64,000 bases of DNA from a virus (lineage: Duplodnaviria > Caudoviricetes): the IMG/VR virus record IMGVR_UViG_3300008110_007313. One strand, given 5' to 3'. This document shows, one piece after another, positions 26,236 to 35,868 of the stretch. The notes below the pieces were generated by a model, which worked only from the letters and a program-made list of their open reading frames with translations, had not been told where the DNA came from and ran no database searches. The translations under genes were made by a program, and so were the position numbers. Numbering within the stretch: the first letter of the stretch is position 1; each line of letters opens with the position of its first letter.

Positions 26236-28489
26236 TTTCGACTCGGATAAAACCATCAGCGTCCACAGTAGGCACAATGTTGGCAGTTACAACAAATTCA
26301 ATACTGTTGTTAACCCAGTCAGCTCGAACTGAACAATCACTCAGTCGATCAAACAAGATTTTCTTTGATAACGGAACTTTGATTAGTTCGTCAATCTTAC
26401 GTGCCAGGGGTCTTGCTCCCATTTTAGGATCGTAGCCTTTTTCGGCTAGAACGTCTATTACTGCTTCAGTGAGATCCAGTCGAATGTTCTTGGCATTCAA
26501 ACTTGTTTTGAGCTGGTCTACAAATTTTAACACAACTTTCTTGATACTGAGCTTGTCTAACTTGTTGAATCGGCAAATTTGATCAATACGATTGCGTAGT
26601 TCTGGCTTGAAGAACTCTTTCATTGCTCGGTCTTCGTTGCCTGTTTTTTCAAAACTACCAAAGCCAATGTTGTTGTTTTCATTGTCTCTAGCACCCAGGT
26701 TGGATGTCATGATGATCAAGGTATTCTTGCAGTCCACTCGCTTGCCATTGGCACCTGTGACGTGTCCTTCGTCCAGCATCTGCAACAGAATGTTGGTAAC
26801 ATCAGGGTGTGCTTTTTCAATCTCGTCAAACAAGATGATGGCATACGGGTTCTTGCTGAGATCTGAGATCAGCTTGCCGCCGCCCACGTTGCCATCTTCA
26901 AAGCCCACATAGCCTGGAGGAGCACCAATCAGCGAACTCACAGTGTGCTTCTCTTGAAACTCACTCATGTCATAGCGCAACAACGGCATGTCCAAGTTGT
27001 CACTCAACAGACGAGCTAGTTCTGTTTTACCTGTGCCAGTTGGTCCCAGGAACAAGAAGCTGGCCATGGGTTTTTTCTCATTGGCGATACCAGCAAAGCT
27101 GATGTACACACGCTCTAGCACAGCATCCACGGCTTGATCCTGTCCGTAGAGCTTTTGTTTGATATTGCTTTCAAGTTCAACAATTTTAGCACTGCGTTCA
27201 TTCTGCAAACGATCTGCAGGCACGCCTGTTGCACGGCTCAACTGTTGCTCGATCATGTCTTTGGTGATGGTGACCAAGCCTGCATCTTTTACACGCTCTC
27301 GAGCACAGGCAGCATCAATCAAGTCAATGCTTTTGTCGGGATTCTTTTTGTCATGAATATAACGATTAGCCAAATCTACCGCAGCGGTCATGGCCTCAGT
27401 TTCGATGAGAACATTATGGAACTGTTCAAGTCTGGGGCTGAGACCAATCAGGATCTGCTCAGTGGTTGCAGCATCAGGTTCATCAATGGCCAAGCGATAG
27501 AATCTGCGCATAAGAGCACGATCTTTCTCAAAGCTTTCATAGAACTCTTCCCAGGTAGTCGATGCAATGACTTTGAGATTGCCCTTGGTAATGGCTGGTT
27601 TCAGCATGTTGGCAAAGTCTAGACTGCTGTTAGAGCTAGCACCTGCGCCCTTCATGGTATGTGCTTCGTCCACAAACAAAATGCAATTCTTCTTAGACTC
27701 TAGTGCAGAAATTACAGCCTTGAACTTTTCTTCAAATTCGCCACGATACTTAGAACCTGCCAACAACGAGCCAATTTCTAAACTCCATACTTCGTGTCCT
27801 TTGAGAAACTCAGGTACACGACCTGCGTGAATTTCCTGGGCAAGGCCATCAATGATGGCAGTTTTACCCACGCCCGGGTCACCAACCATGAGCACGTTGG
27901 CCTTGAAACGTCGGGCCAGCACAGCAATCATATCTTCCAATTCTTGGCTACGGCCAATCAGCGGCTCCAGTTTATTGCCAGCGGCCTGTACAGAAATGTT
28001 TGTACAGTATTCGTTGAGAATGTCATTGGCTTGATCAGTGCTGAGTTTGGCCTCACTCTGTTGATAGTGTTTGTGCCAGAACTCTACAAACTCGGATTTT
28101 TTGACACCGTATTTGAGCAAGAAATAGTGTGCATGACTATTGGTTTCGGCCATGATACTAAGATACAGATCAACTGTTGTGAGCTGTCGCCGGCCAGTGA
28201 ACATGACCTGTACATTAGCACGATTAAAAATACGCTCCAGGGTTTGTGTTTTGCGAGGTTGATAATCAGTCTTGTCACTGACTAGATTGGATTGACTCAG
28301 TAGATAAGCCAACAATTCGTGGTCCAAGGTTTCAACATCGGTGCCGAATTTGTCAAGTACTCGACGAAACGGTTGGTGCCTGATTAGACTCAACAGCAGA
28401 TGTTCAGTTAACACATATTCATGTGAGTGATCCTTGGCCAGCTTTATAGCTGCATCTACCAACTGTTCAATTTCGGGATTGTTTTGCAT
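26216..28489 (-). CDS. clpA: ClpA-type AAA+ chaperone/unfoldase
   Basis: Clp N-domain and two Walker A motifs (GDPGVGKT, GPTGTGKT); LIGAPPGYVG, FDEIEKAH and GARPLAR motifs; no ClpB middle domain apparent at 757 aa. Confidence 0.9.
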   Translation of the reverse strand: MQNNPEIEQLVDAAIKLAKDHSHEYVLTEHLLLSLIRHQPFRRVLDKFGTDVETLDHELLAYLLSQSNLVSDKTDYQPRKTQTLERIFNRANVQVMFTGRRQLTTVDLYLSIMAETNSHAHYFLLKYGVKKSEFVEFWHKHYQQSEAKLSTDQANDILNEYCTNISVQAAGNKLEPLIGRSQELEDMIAVLARRFKANVLMVGDPGVGKTAIIDGLAQEIHAGRVPEFLKGHEVWSLEIGSLLAGSKYRGEFEEKFKAVISALESKKNCILFVDEAHTMKGAGASSNSSLDFANMLKPAITKGNLKVIASTTWEEFYESFEKDRALMRRFYRLAIDEPDAATTEQILIGLSPRLEQFHNVLIETEAMTAAVDLANRYIHDKKNPDKSIDLIDAACARERVKDAGLVTITKDMIEQQLSRATGVPADRLQNERSAKIVELESNIKQKLYGQDQAVDAVLERVYISFAGIANEKKPMASFLFLGPTGTGKTELARLLSDNLDMPLLRYDMSEFQEKHTVSSLIGAPPGYVGFEDGNVGGGKLISDLSKNPYAIILFDEIEKAHPDVTNILLQMLDEGHVTGANGKRVDCKNTLIIMTSNLGARDNENNNIGFGSFEKTGNEDRAMKEFFKPELRNRIDQICRFNKLDKLSIKKVVLKFVDQLKTSLNAKNIRLDLTEAVIDVLAEKGYDPKMGARPLARKIDELIKVPLSKKILFDRLSDCSVRADWVNNSIEFVVTANIVPTVDADGFIRVENGNVNL

Positions 28490-28546
28490 GAACTTCCTTT
28501 TTTTAACAACACAAAGTTTTTTTATTATAACGCAATTTCACATGAA

Positions 28547-29329
28547 CTAGCGATGTTTTTGGATGGCTTCGGCTAAATCACTGCTAATTTTATCCGGAAT
28601 CTGGGCCAGTAGTCGTACCATCATATCACCTTTTCTGCCCTGTTGATCTCGTAGTCCTTGCTCTCGTAGTCGCAACTGTGTGCCCGGCTGACAACGTGCC
28701 GGCACACGAATGGTTAATTTTTCACCGTAGATATTTTCTACCACAATGTCACCGCCCAGTATCAAATCCCAAACCACCACACGATGATCTCTAGTGAGAT
28801 TCAGGGCCTGTCTGTGCCACACAGAATCTGGATGTATTCTAAAACTAATTACCAAATCTTGGCCACCAGGTCCCACACCCGGATATTGAACATTGTCACC
28901 ATCATTGAGTCCCAAGGGAATGTCAATTTCCAAAGTTTGATTGCCTTGAGCACTGTTTACTGCAATGGTTTTGCGTCCGCCTTGGGCAACATCTTGTAGA
29001 CGCACCCACAGACTCATACGAAGATGATTGCGTCTGGGATGTTGTCCAAATCCTGCGCCGCCGAACATCTGACTAAAAATGTCATTGATGTTAACATGTC
29101 CGCTGTCGCTGAATCCACTGAAGCCGTTGAACTGTGGTCTGGGATTGTCGTATTCACTTCGTTTCTGGTCATCGCTGAGTACAGCATAGGCAGCTTGTAC
29201 TTCTTGGAATCGAGCCTTGTCTCCTCCTTTGTCAGGATGGTGCTGGCTGGCTAACCGACGATAGGCCTTCTTGATTTCATCTTGACTGGCACCGCGAGAT
29301 ACTCCCAATGTTGCATAGTGGTCTGTCAT
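28547..29329 (-). CDS. DnaJ/CbpA-type co-chaperone (J-domain plus C-terminal domain, no zinc finger)
   Basis: DHYATLGV...[18 protein letters not shown] (HPD motif); start ATG 29329. Confidence 0.9.
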   Translation of the reverse strand: MTDHYATLGVSRGASQDEIKKAYRRLASQHHPDKGGDKARFQEVQAAYAVLSDDQKRSEYDNPRPQFNGFSGFSDSGHVNINDIFSQMFGGAGFGQHPRRNHLRMSLWVRLQDVAQGGRKTIAVNSAQGNQTLEIDIPLGLNDGDNVQYPGVGPGGQDLVISFRIHPDSVWHRQALNLTRDHRVVVWDLILGGDIVVENIYGEKLTIRVPARCQPGTQLRLREQGLRDQQGRKGDMMVRLLAQIPDKISSDLAEAIQKHR

Positions 29330-29856
29330 TGTTCTTCTAACATTTTTTTGACTTCTAAACACTTGTCACATTTGCCGCAGTTCTTATAAAAAAAGCAACT
29401 GCTGACCAAGGGTTTGACATCATCGGGAATCTGATTCCATTGTTCCCGTTTGCTCATGTGTTCAAAAGGACGATAAAATTTTACATTAGGATGCAACAGC
29501 GTCCAGGCCTCAAACACGTTGGCTGGTCTTGCAGGTCCGTCTATATCGCCGCTGTGTCGACCTGCCCAGACTTCAGTGATTTTTGGATCCTTGGCACACC
29601 ATAGATTGGCCACGCTAATAAAGGTTCTAATTTGATGCACAAAGTGATAGGGTTCAGGTTCAATGGGAATGTGTATGCGTGCATAATTTATTTTGAACCC
29701 AAGTTTCTCTGCAATTTTTTCAGCAGATTCTTTCCTAAATGTAGGTATGCCGTAGGGATAGGTAGGTTCGATTGTGACCACAGTATCCATGGGATCTGCT
29801 TCACACAGTAGCAAGGTGCTTTCTACACCGCCGCTGAAAAGAATAAGTCTGCTCAT
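29326..29856 (-). CDS. QueC-like PP-loop ATPase
   Basis: [11 protein letters not shown]-loop and C-terminal [14 protein letters not shown] Zn-site pattern; shorter than canonical QueC. Confidence 0.6.
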   Translation of the reverse strand: MSRLILFSGGVESTLLLCEADPMDTVVTIEPTYPYGIPTFRKESAEKIAEKLGFKINYARIHIPIEPEPYHFVHQIRTFISVANLWCAKDPKITEVWAGRHSGDIDGPARPANVFEAWTLLHPNVKFYRPFEHMSKREQWNQIPDDVKPLVSSCFFYKNCGKCDKCLEVKKMLEEQ

Positions 29857-29885
29857 AATATTATTTACAAGCAGACTGTGATGTC

Positions 29886-30101
29886 TTATTTCTTTTCAGG
29901 TACTTTAGTGCCTTCTAACTTTTTGTGTTGTTTGACTTCTTTGCAGTTCTGTTTGACTTTTTTAGTCTTTGGATCTATTACATCTTTGCCGTCTTTGTCT
30001 TTGACATCGACGCAGATTCTTTTGGTTTCTTTGGCAGGCTCTTCAGCAATGACAAATTGACTACCTAGAGCTAGTGCTAATGCAAGTATGATTTTTTTCA
30101 T
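29886..30101 (-). CDS. small exported basic protein
   Basis: Signal peptide MKKIILALALALGSQFVIA; two Cys; Lys-rich. Confidence 0.65.
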   Translation of the reverse strand: MKKIILALALALGSQFVIAEEPAKETKRICVDVKDKDGKDVIDPKTKKVKQNCKEVKQHKKLEGTKVPEKK

Positions 30102-30103
30102 GA

Positions 30104-30676
30104 TTATCTTTCTGGATAAAAGTCAGGCTGTGGTGGAGCAAGTTTGCCCCCAAAGCCTGCGGTTACTTGGCCGGATGCGCCAAAACTGTTGCCCATAGGT
30201 GGTGTTGCACCATATCCGGGTTGATATCCACCGGTGCTGCCGCCCATGACGGGGGTTGTGCCCCAGGAGTTTGTGCCTGGTGAATTATACGAGCCGCCGG
30301 GTTGGCTGAGACCTGGCGCAGGTTGGCCAAATGTTGTTGTGACGCTTTGTGATACGGGTTGTAGTGCATTTGATCCTCCTGATACGCCAGCCATTTTTTC
30401 TTGTCCGCGACTCCATGCACTGACACCCAGTACTGCACCCATGGCCACGTGGAACAGACCACCGCCTTGCAGTGTTATAGGTGCCCATTGACGGAACGCA
30501 TCGTTTTGTACAGCAGTTTCCCAGAATTGAACAACTGTGAACATTATTGGGAAAAACACAAAGTCAAACAAGCAGGCAGTCATGTACATGATGGCCATCA
30601 TGGGACGCCACTTCTTGGTCATCCAGTCTTCTTCGCTCTTGGTTATCTTGCTTGGGGGTAATTCTTTTTTGCTCAC
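30104..30676 (-). CDS. putative holin (3TM-like) with Gly/Pro-rich tail
   Basis: KWRPMMAIMYMTACLFDFVFFP and GGLFHVAMGAVLGVSAWSRGQEK hydrophobic segments; near the endolysin. Confidence 0.6.
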   Translation of the reverse strand: MSKKELPPSKITKSEEDWMTKKWRPMMAIMYMTACLFDFVFFPIMFTVVQFWETAVQNDAFRQWAPITLQGGGLFHVAMGAVLGVSAWSRGQEKMAGVSGGSNALQPVSQSVTTTFGQPAPGLSQPGGSYNSPGTNSWGTTPVMGGSTGGYQPGYGATPPMGNSFGASGQVTAGFGGKLAPPQPDFYPER

Positions 30677-30710
30677 TGTTGGCTCCTTGTTGTAGTTGTT
30701 TTATTATTGT

Positions 30711-31442
30711 TCAATATCCAAATCTAGCTTTGTATTGATTGTACAGTCCTTGCACATCTGCTAGTGTGAGTATACCGTTGTAGGCCTTGACAAAACCTAT
30801 GTCGCCAGTTTGTACTTCTGTGCCTGCTGCTCTACTAAACAGTCGTATCTGATTAGGGCCACCGCCGCTGCCTAGATTAGTGACTGCAAACGCAGTGCCA
30901 ACGGGCTGAGTGCTTGTTGCTGTGTACAGTTGGCCCAGGCCTGTGCTAGCGTTCCAGGTACCCCAGGCAAAGTTCCATACAGTGTTTGCGCCTGAGCTAG
31001 GCAAGTTAACTGCATAGTTGGGGTAGAATGTATTTACAAAACCGTTGTAGGCCCCCAACAACCAGTCTCTAGTAGCTTCACTTTGTGTGTTCAACAATCT
31101 ACCTGCTGACGTGGCTGACAGTTTGTAGGCTGTGAATACACTGTAACTCTGCCCGGTGCTCCAGTTGGGACCACCGTAGATAACATCTGTCCCGGTGGCA
31201 TTGCTTTTTCTAAACAGTCCACCATTGGCTGAGTTCCAGCTAATACTGCCACCAGCATTGGCCACAGTGAGTGTGCGTTGACCCGTGGTCCCTGTTCCGT
31301 CGGCAACAGATCCATTCACAGGCACAGCAGAATAGTTGGCAGCGTCTAGATCATATACCAGGTCCACTGATGTAGAAAATCCTCGTTCAACGGTTATACC
31401 ATTGCCTATTTCAATGCCGGGTCCTATTACTATTGGCATCAA
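30711..31442 (-). CDS. LamG/concanavalin A-like domain protein
   Basis: LVYDLDAANY...YSVFTAYK...WNFAWGTW...GDIGFVKAYNGILT..V..LY pattern. Confidence 0.65.
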   Translation of the reverse strand: MMPIVIGPGIEIGNGITVERGFSTSVDLVYDLDAANYSAVPVNGSVADGTGTTGQRTLTVANAGGSISWNSANGGLFRKSNATGTDVIYGGPNWSTGQSYSVFTAYKLSATSAGRLLNTQSEATRDWLLGAYNGFVNTFYPNYAVNLPSSGANTVWNFAWGTWNASTGLGQLYTATSTQPVGTAFAVTNLGSGGGPNQIRLFSRAAGTEVQTGDIGFVKAYNGILTLADVQGLYNQYKARFGY

Positions 31443-32059
31443 TGATCTCCTAGTACATGCAGTGCATGATTGGTGTGTTTGATACGATCCTCTAGGCCAA
31501 TAAATCCACCGTTGATGGCACGAGTTAACCCTTTGACATCATTGGCGTCAGCAAAGCGATTGAGATTGTTTTGTTCCCAGAAGAAACAGGCACTTTGTGC
31601 CGCGCCTTCAAATGTGGCCAGATATTCGGCAGCCTCTTCTACTGATATACCCAGGCTGCCAGCAAAAAATGTGTAGTTGTCTTTGCCTGTGAGTTGGATC
31701 AAGCCGCGACCACAATAGCGCCAACCATCACCTGATGCTTCGTCGCCGTTGCCCATTCTGCTGGCATACACTCGGTTGGCAATCCTCTCAGGCTTGTTGG
31801 CATACTCGGCTGCCAAGGCGTCTGTGGGGAAATACTTGGGGAATACCTTGCGCAGGCTCACTGCTTTGTAGTTGAGATTCTCTTTGATGAACACAAAGTT
31901 TCCTGACTCATGTGCGCATTGTGCTATAAAGTGTGCAACTCGCAATGGAGTATCAATGCCATAGTCTGGCAGCAGTTGATCCAGTGCTTCATGCCAGTGG
32001 GCAATGTGGGGATTTTTGACCATTTGTTTTAGTTGGTCAAGAGTTAGTATGCTACTCAT
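31439..32059 (-). CDS. glycoside hydrolase family 19 endolysin
   Basis: AHFIAQCAHESG, ENLNY, GDGWRYCGRGLIQLTGKDNY and INGG..GL.DR motifs. Confidence 0.9.
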   Translation of the reverse strand: MSSILTLDQLKQMVKNPHIAHWHEALDQLLPDYGIDTPLRVAHFIAQCAHESGNFVFIKENLNYKAVSLRKVFPKYFPTDALAAEYANKPERIANRVYASRMGNGDEASGDGWRYCGRGLIQLTGKDNYTFFAGSLGISVEEAAEYLATFEGAAQSACFFWEQNNLNRFADANDVKGLTRAINGGFIGLEDRIKHTNHALHVLGDH

Positions 32060-32081
32060 TTATAGGCTCCTATTATTTTTA

Positions 32082-33086
32082 TCAGCAGTTCCATTTACGC
32101 AGGGCCAGAGCCTTGCGTGTGGGCTTGCCGTTGGGCTTTTTCATTGGCCCTTTGACCCCTGACATTCTAGCGCAGAAACTCTTACGGCGTTTGGCAGCTT
32201 TTGATCCAGGCTTGAGTTTTGATGGTTTGGTAGTCACTGCCATTTGTAATTTTGAACCTGGGTTCTCTCTACGATAACTGGCCACACCTTTGGCGTTGAG
32301 TCCACCTTTTTTGCTCTTGCCTTCTTTTCTGCGCCAGGCCGCTGTTTCATACAGCACATTGTCCGGAAGTGCTTCAAAACTTTCCCATACCAGATCTTCA
32401 CTCACGCGATTCTTTTGGGCCATTTCTGACACTAGATCTTCCATGGCTTCGAACATCTCATCCACTTCCGGATCTACTTCGTCTGATGCTTCTTCTGAGT
32501 ACATGTAGTCCCACACAGTGACCAACATTGATTTGGCCACAGCAATCTTTTCCTGACACCATTCAGGCAAGTTATCACCGCTTTGAATTAACTCATCAAT
32601 GCCTTCTACAGCACGGCTCAGTGTTTCAAGGTTATTGTCGGCCATGCCTGCTTCGTCATCGTATTCAGGATTGTAGTCTTCTGCTATGCCTTGTTGACCC
32701 GACATATCCATCAGTTGTCGAACATAGAAATTATAATGACCACGACGGCTGTTGTATTCTCTATTGCCCAGCACAGTCTTTAATGCGGCCACAGCATCAC
32801 TTGCTTCTGAACCACGCATTATTTTTAGTGCGTCAGTCACAAGTGAATCCACACGCTGTGAACCTTCAGCTACCCCTTCTGACTTGTTGCCCCAGTTGCC
32901 AGCACCTTTTTTGCGACACTGTACCAGTCGACCCGAAGCATACGCTGACGGCCATACCTTGGCACTGGCTTTGACTTTGTGATAGCAAGCATCTTTCTTT
33001 TCTGCCAGGACTAGGTCACTGAATGCAGGACCACCGCACTTAGGGCAAGTCATTTGAGATTCGTTTACAAGTTGATTGATTTTCAT
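32082..33086 (-). CDS. modular protein of short conserved-looking acidic and basic domains
   Basis: Leader MKINQLVNES; modules DACYHKVKA..VWPSAYASG..VQCRKK, LPEWCQEKIAVA and AAWRRKEGKSKKGGLN...RRKSFCARM separated by GVAEG/GIAED. Confidence 0.7.
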   Translation of the reverse strand: MKINQLVNESQMTCPKCGGPAFSDLVLAEKKDACYHKVKASAKVWPSAYASGRLVQCRKKGAGNWGNKSEGVAEGSQRVDSLVTDALKIMRGSEASDAVAALKTVLGNREYNSRRGHYNFYVRQLMDMSGQQGIAEDYNPEYDDEAGMADNNLETLSRAVEGIDELIQSGDNLPEWCQEKIAVAKSMLVTVWDYMYSEEASDEVDPEVDEMFEAMEDLVSEMAQKNRVSEDLVWESFEALPDNVLYETAAWRRKEGKSKKGGLNAKGVASYRRENPGSKLQMAVTTKPSKLKPGSKAAKRRKSFCARMSGVKGPMKKPNGKPTRKALALRKWNC

Positions 33087-33430
33087 TTTTTCTTTGTGGC
33101 CACGTTGATGGCTGCTCCTTTGCGATTGGCGTCAGGATCTTGACGACGTTTGCGAGCCGCTGCACTTGCACGGCCTTTTTTGCCCAGGGCATGTGCCTTG
33201 GCTTGTGGTAAACACTTGGGTTTGCCTTCTGATTCTGAATCACGAGCACAGTCTCCACGGATTTTGCCGTCTGGACCAAATCGCACCCATTTTTGTTTGA
33301 ACCACTTGCGCAGATCTTCTTCAAGGTCTGCTTCGCTGATCTTTTTGCAACTGCCTGGTGAGTATTCAGCTGTGCCTGGCACACGCCGATAGCCCTTCCA
33401 ACAAGATTCCAGTATTTCTCTGTATCTCAT
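33083..33430 (-). CDS. small basic modular protein
   Basis: Leader MRYREILES; CWKGYRRVPG and EDLRKWFKQKWV...KPKCLP modules. Confidence 0.7.
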   Translation of the reverse strand: MRYREILESCWKGYRRVPGTAEYSPGSCKKISEADLEEDLRKWFKQKWVRFGPDGKIRGDCARDSESEGKPKCLPQAKAHALGKKGRASAAARKRRQDPDANRKGAAINVATKKK

Positions 33431-33699
33431 CGGGTTGCACTTTCAAAAATTTTTCTTTGTTCGCCGTACCAGTCTTGCCAGCCGTCTCTGCGAGCCGAAC
33501 ATTCATAGTAGGTGGCATAATTTTTCACAACCACACGTAGAAGATCAGTGATTGCAGTTTCAGTGGGCAACATCTGAGTCAACTCTGGGCAGCTTTTCAT
33601 CAGCTCCGGCGGTGCATCAGGAAATTTTTGCTTGACTGGGACTACAGTAGAGCAGGCTGACAAGATCACGACAGTCAATAACAAAGCCATGCTTTTCAT
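33427..33699 (-). CDS. putative o-spanin lipoprotein (Rz1-like)
   Basis: Lipobox ILSAC followed by Pro-rich FPDAPPELMKSCP; adjacent to an Rz-like gene. Confidence 0.7.
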   Translation of the reverse strand: MKSMALLLTVVILSACSTVVPVKQKFPDAPPELMKSCPELTQMLPTETAITDLLRVVVKNYATYYECSARRDGWQDWYGEQRKIFESATR

Positions 33700-34208
33700 T
33701 TTTTGTCTCCCTGTGCTGCACGATTCAGAATGGCCGCTGCATTGTGAGCATCTATCACCGCAGCTGGTACAGGGCAGTTTTCAATGTATTTGATAACTTC
33801 CTCACGCTTGATTCTTTCAGGGCCTTCTACCATTACTTCTTTGGTGTTCCATTTATCAATATACTTGATAATTTCTTCGCCTTTTTCTCGCACCACTCGG
33901 GTTTTTTCTACCACACGAGTTTGCACTTCCACATTGGTCTTGGCACTGCGAGCCTCAGCTTCGGCAACCTTTAGTTCCATTTCGGCCACACGCTGTCGCC
34001 ATTCAGATTCTACTGAATAGCCACCACGTAGGTACACGCCCAGCGCCAACAGCACAATGCCAGCAATCTTGAACGGCAGTTGATACTGCCAAATTACAGG
34101 TATGCGATGCGCAAACAGGCCAGCCACGGCCAAGATCACACCCAGCACAAGTATAGAATTAACTGCCCATAAAATGGCAGTGTCGGGGAGAAAATGTAAG
34201 ATCCACAT
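33696..34208 (-). CDS. putative i-spanin (Rz-like)
   Basis: N-terminal hydrophobic helices, then coiled coil and C-terminal Cys (CPVPAAVIDAHNAAA). Confidence 0.65.
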   Translation of the reverse strand: MWILHFLPDTAILWAVNSILVLGVILAVAGLFAHRIPVIWQYQLPFKIAGIVLLALGVYLRGGYSVESEWRQRVAEMELKVAEAEARSAKTNVEVQTRVVEKTRVVREKGEEIIKYIDKWNTKEVMVEGPERIKREEVIKYIENCPVPAAVIDAHNAAAILNRAAQGDKK

Positions 34209-34213
34209 GCCTG

Positions 34214-34219
34214 TATTTA
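34214..34219 (-). promoter_or_regulatory. T4-like late promoter core TAAATA
   Basis: ACTAAATACAGGCATG, identical to the site at 24604-24609. Confidence 0.65.
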
Positions 34220-34795
34220 GTAACCAAAATCAAGATTACGTTGCTTTAGCTTTTGCCAGGTCTGTGTGTATGTTGCAAACTCAGTGTGTTGGTACTGTTC
34301 TAAATTTTCTCGCATGAAACTAGAAAAATCATCCTGGCCAGTGTCAATGCAGAACACCTGATCTGCCCACCAATCTACCGTGGTTTGATTGTAGTATTGC
34401 CAGTGATGTTCCAGCGCCATGTTCATGGTATGATCTAACCCATGCTCTAGGATTTCTGGCCGATGCAGGTGTTGAGTCCAGACTTGCCAGCAGCGATTAT
34501 AACTAGGCGCAAAATGACTTTTGATTTTGATAATTTGTCGACCTGGAAAATGCTGAAATAGCAGTTGGGTGTCAAGGCAGTGTGTAAGCTCAATGAGATT
34601 GTGTCTTGACTTCAGTTGAGTTGACTCTTTGGGGTAGGGCCTGGTATCGGGATCCTGGTAGTTGATTTCTGGAGTTGGGTCTGGCCCTGAGTGACTGTGT
34701 GCGTGTTGGTTGTGACGCCATTGTTTTTGCAGAAGATACCTGGCCAGTCGATTGCCCCCACTGCCGGGAAAATAAGCAATTACGCAGGCATTCAT
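34217..34795 (-). CDS. hypothetical protein with sulfotransferase/P-loop-like N-terminus
   Basis: Likely start ATG 34795 (MNACVIAYFPGSGGNRLARYL), coupled to the upstream stop. Confidence 0.55.
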   Translation of the reverse strand: MNACVIAYFPGSGGNRLARYLLQKQWRHNQHAHSHSGPDPTPEINYQDPDTRPYPKESTQLKSRHNLIELTHCLDTQLLFQHFPGRQIIKIKSHFAPSYNRCWQVWTQHLHRPEILEHGLDHTMNMALEHHWQYYNQTTVDWWADQVFCIDTGQDDFSSFMRENLEQYQHTEFATYTQTWQKLKQRNLDFGY

Positions 34796-35868
34796 GAGTA
34801 GTAGTAAACAGACTGATCGCGACTGGGAAACAGATCCACAGGCGAATCTTCTCTGCGTATGTCCAGAGTCAAACAATGAAGTCCGCCATCCCAGAATGTT
34901 CTAGTACGAAATGGCAAGCTGTGCGCAGTGATTCCAAATTTTTCCAAGGCTCTAAATACAGCTTCGTTTTCTCCCAGCATGAGCACATTTTTTTCGTCAA
35001 CAACCAAGCAGTTGACTTCAAAGTAAGTTTCTGTATAATTGCCCACCCAGTCTAGTGCATGTTTGATCACATGATCATTAAATGCTTGATTATTACTAGC
35101 GCCGGCAAGCCAAAATTTACCATTGGCTCCAGGAGTATTTCTTCCATGTTGATTGTTTGAAAACTCCGGCTTTGCAATATTGATCTGTTCCCAGCCAGGA
35201 AATGTTCGATCATAGTCTGAAAAATAACGGCTGGTCAGCAGTAGCCCGGGCTTGATTGCAGCAAAACATGCGTCAACATGCCCGCCGTTGTTCAACAGAT
35301 GCAAACGACTGTCAGCAAAATACGGTTTTATTTTTTGATCAAATTCTTGTTGCAATAGATCAATTTGACTGTTTCGTTGTACGTGAAACACATCAAGATA
35401 AAGATCCTTGCCGACTCTCACAGTGTTTGCGCCGCTGAGACTGCCCAGGTGTTCGAGTCTGATTTCTGGTATCACCTGTGATCCAGCATCAGCAGCATAA
35501 CGGTCAAGTGCTGGCTGCCAAGCTTGGGCCATCCATTCAGGATAAAACAATTTGTTTCCGTGCGCTAAAAAATGATCTCTGGGGGTAATCTGCGGCTTCA
35601 GCAAGGTAGTGGGATGATGCGGATGCCCGTCGGGAGATATGAAATCATCTATTTTGTGATACTCAGGCCGCACTACATCGACTCCAAATTCCTGGAGTTT
35701 ACTCTGGATCGTGTTGAGATCTGCCTGAGTTTTTTCAGTGAGTTCATAAAACACATCTCGAACCTGAGACTCAAGGTGATCATAAAAATGGCTGGGGTAA
35801 ACATCTCCCAGCCATACTTCTTTCAGCTTGCCCCAGTTGGTAAAACTATTAACCAGTGGTGTTGACAT
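34792..35868 (-). CDS. amidinotransferase (pentein superfamily, glycine/inosamine amidinotransferase-like)
   Basis: NWGKLKEVWLG, PRD, GHVDACF, FEVNCLVVDEK and WDGGLHCLTLDIRR (catalytic Cys) motifs. Confidence 0.85.
   Translation of the reverse strand: MSTPLVNSFTNWGKLKEVWLGDVYPSHFYDHLESQVRDVFYELTEKTQADLNTIQSKLQEFGVDVVRPEYHKIDDFISPDGHPHHPTTLLKPQITPRDHFLAHGNKLFYPEWMAQAWQPALDRYAADAGSQVIPEIRLEHLGSLSGANTVRVGKDLYLDVFHVQRNSQIDLLQQEFDQKIKPYFADSRLHLLNNGGHVDACFAAIKPGLLLTSRYFSDYDRTFPGWEQINIAKPEFSNNQHGRNTPGANGKFWLAGASNNQAFNDHVIKHALDWVGNYTETYFEVNCLVVDEKNVLMLGENEAVFRALEKFGITAHSLPFRTRTFWDGGLHCLTLDIRREDSPVDLFPSRDQSVYYYS

Noticed and set aside
29326-35868. QueC-like protein plus amidinotransferase as an archaeosine (dG+) DNA modification pathway
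   Set aside because: The amidinotransferase is pentein-fold rather than ArcS, QueF-like or GAT type. The genes are 5 kb apart, and no dpdA, folE, queD or queE is visible.
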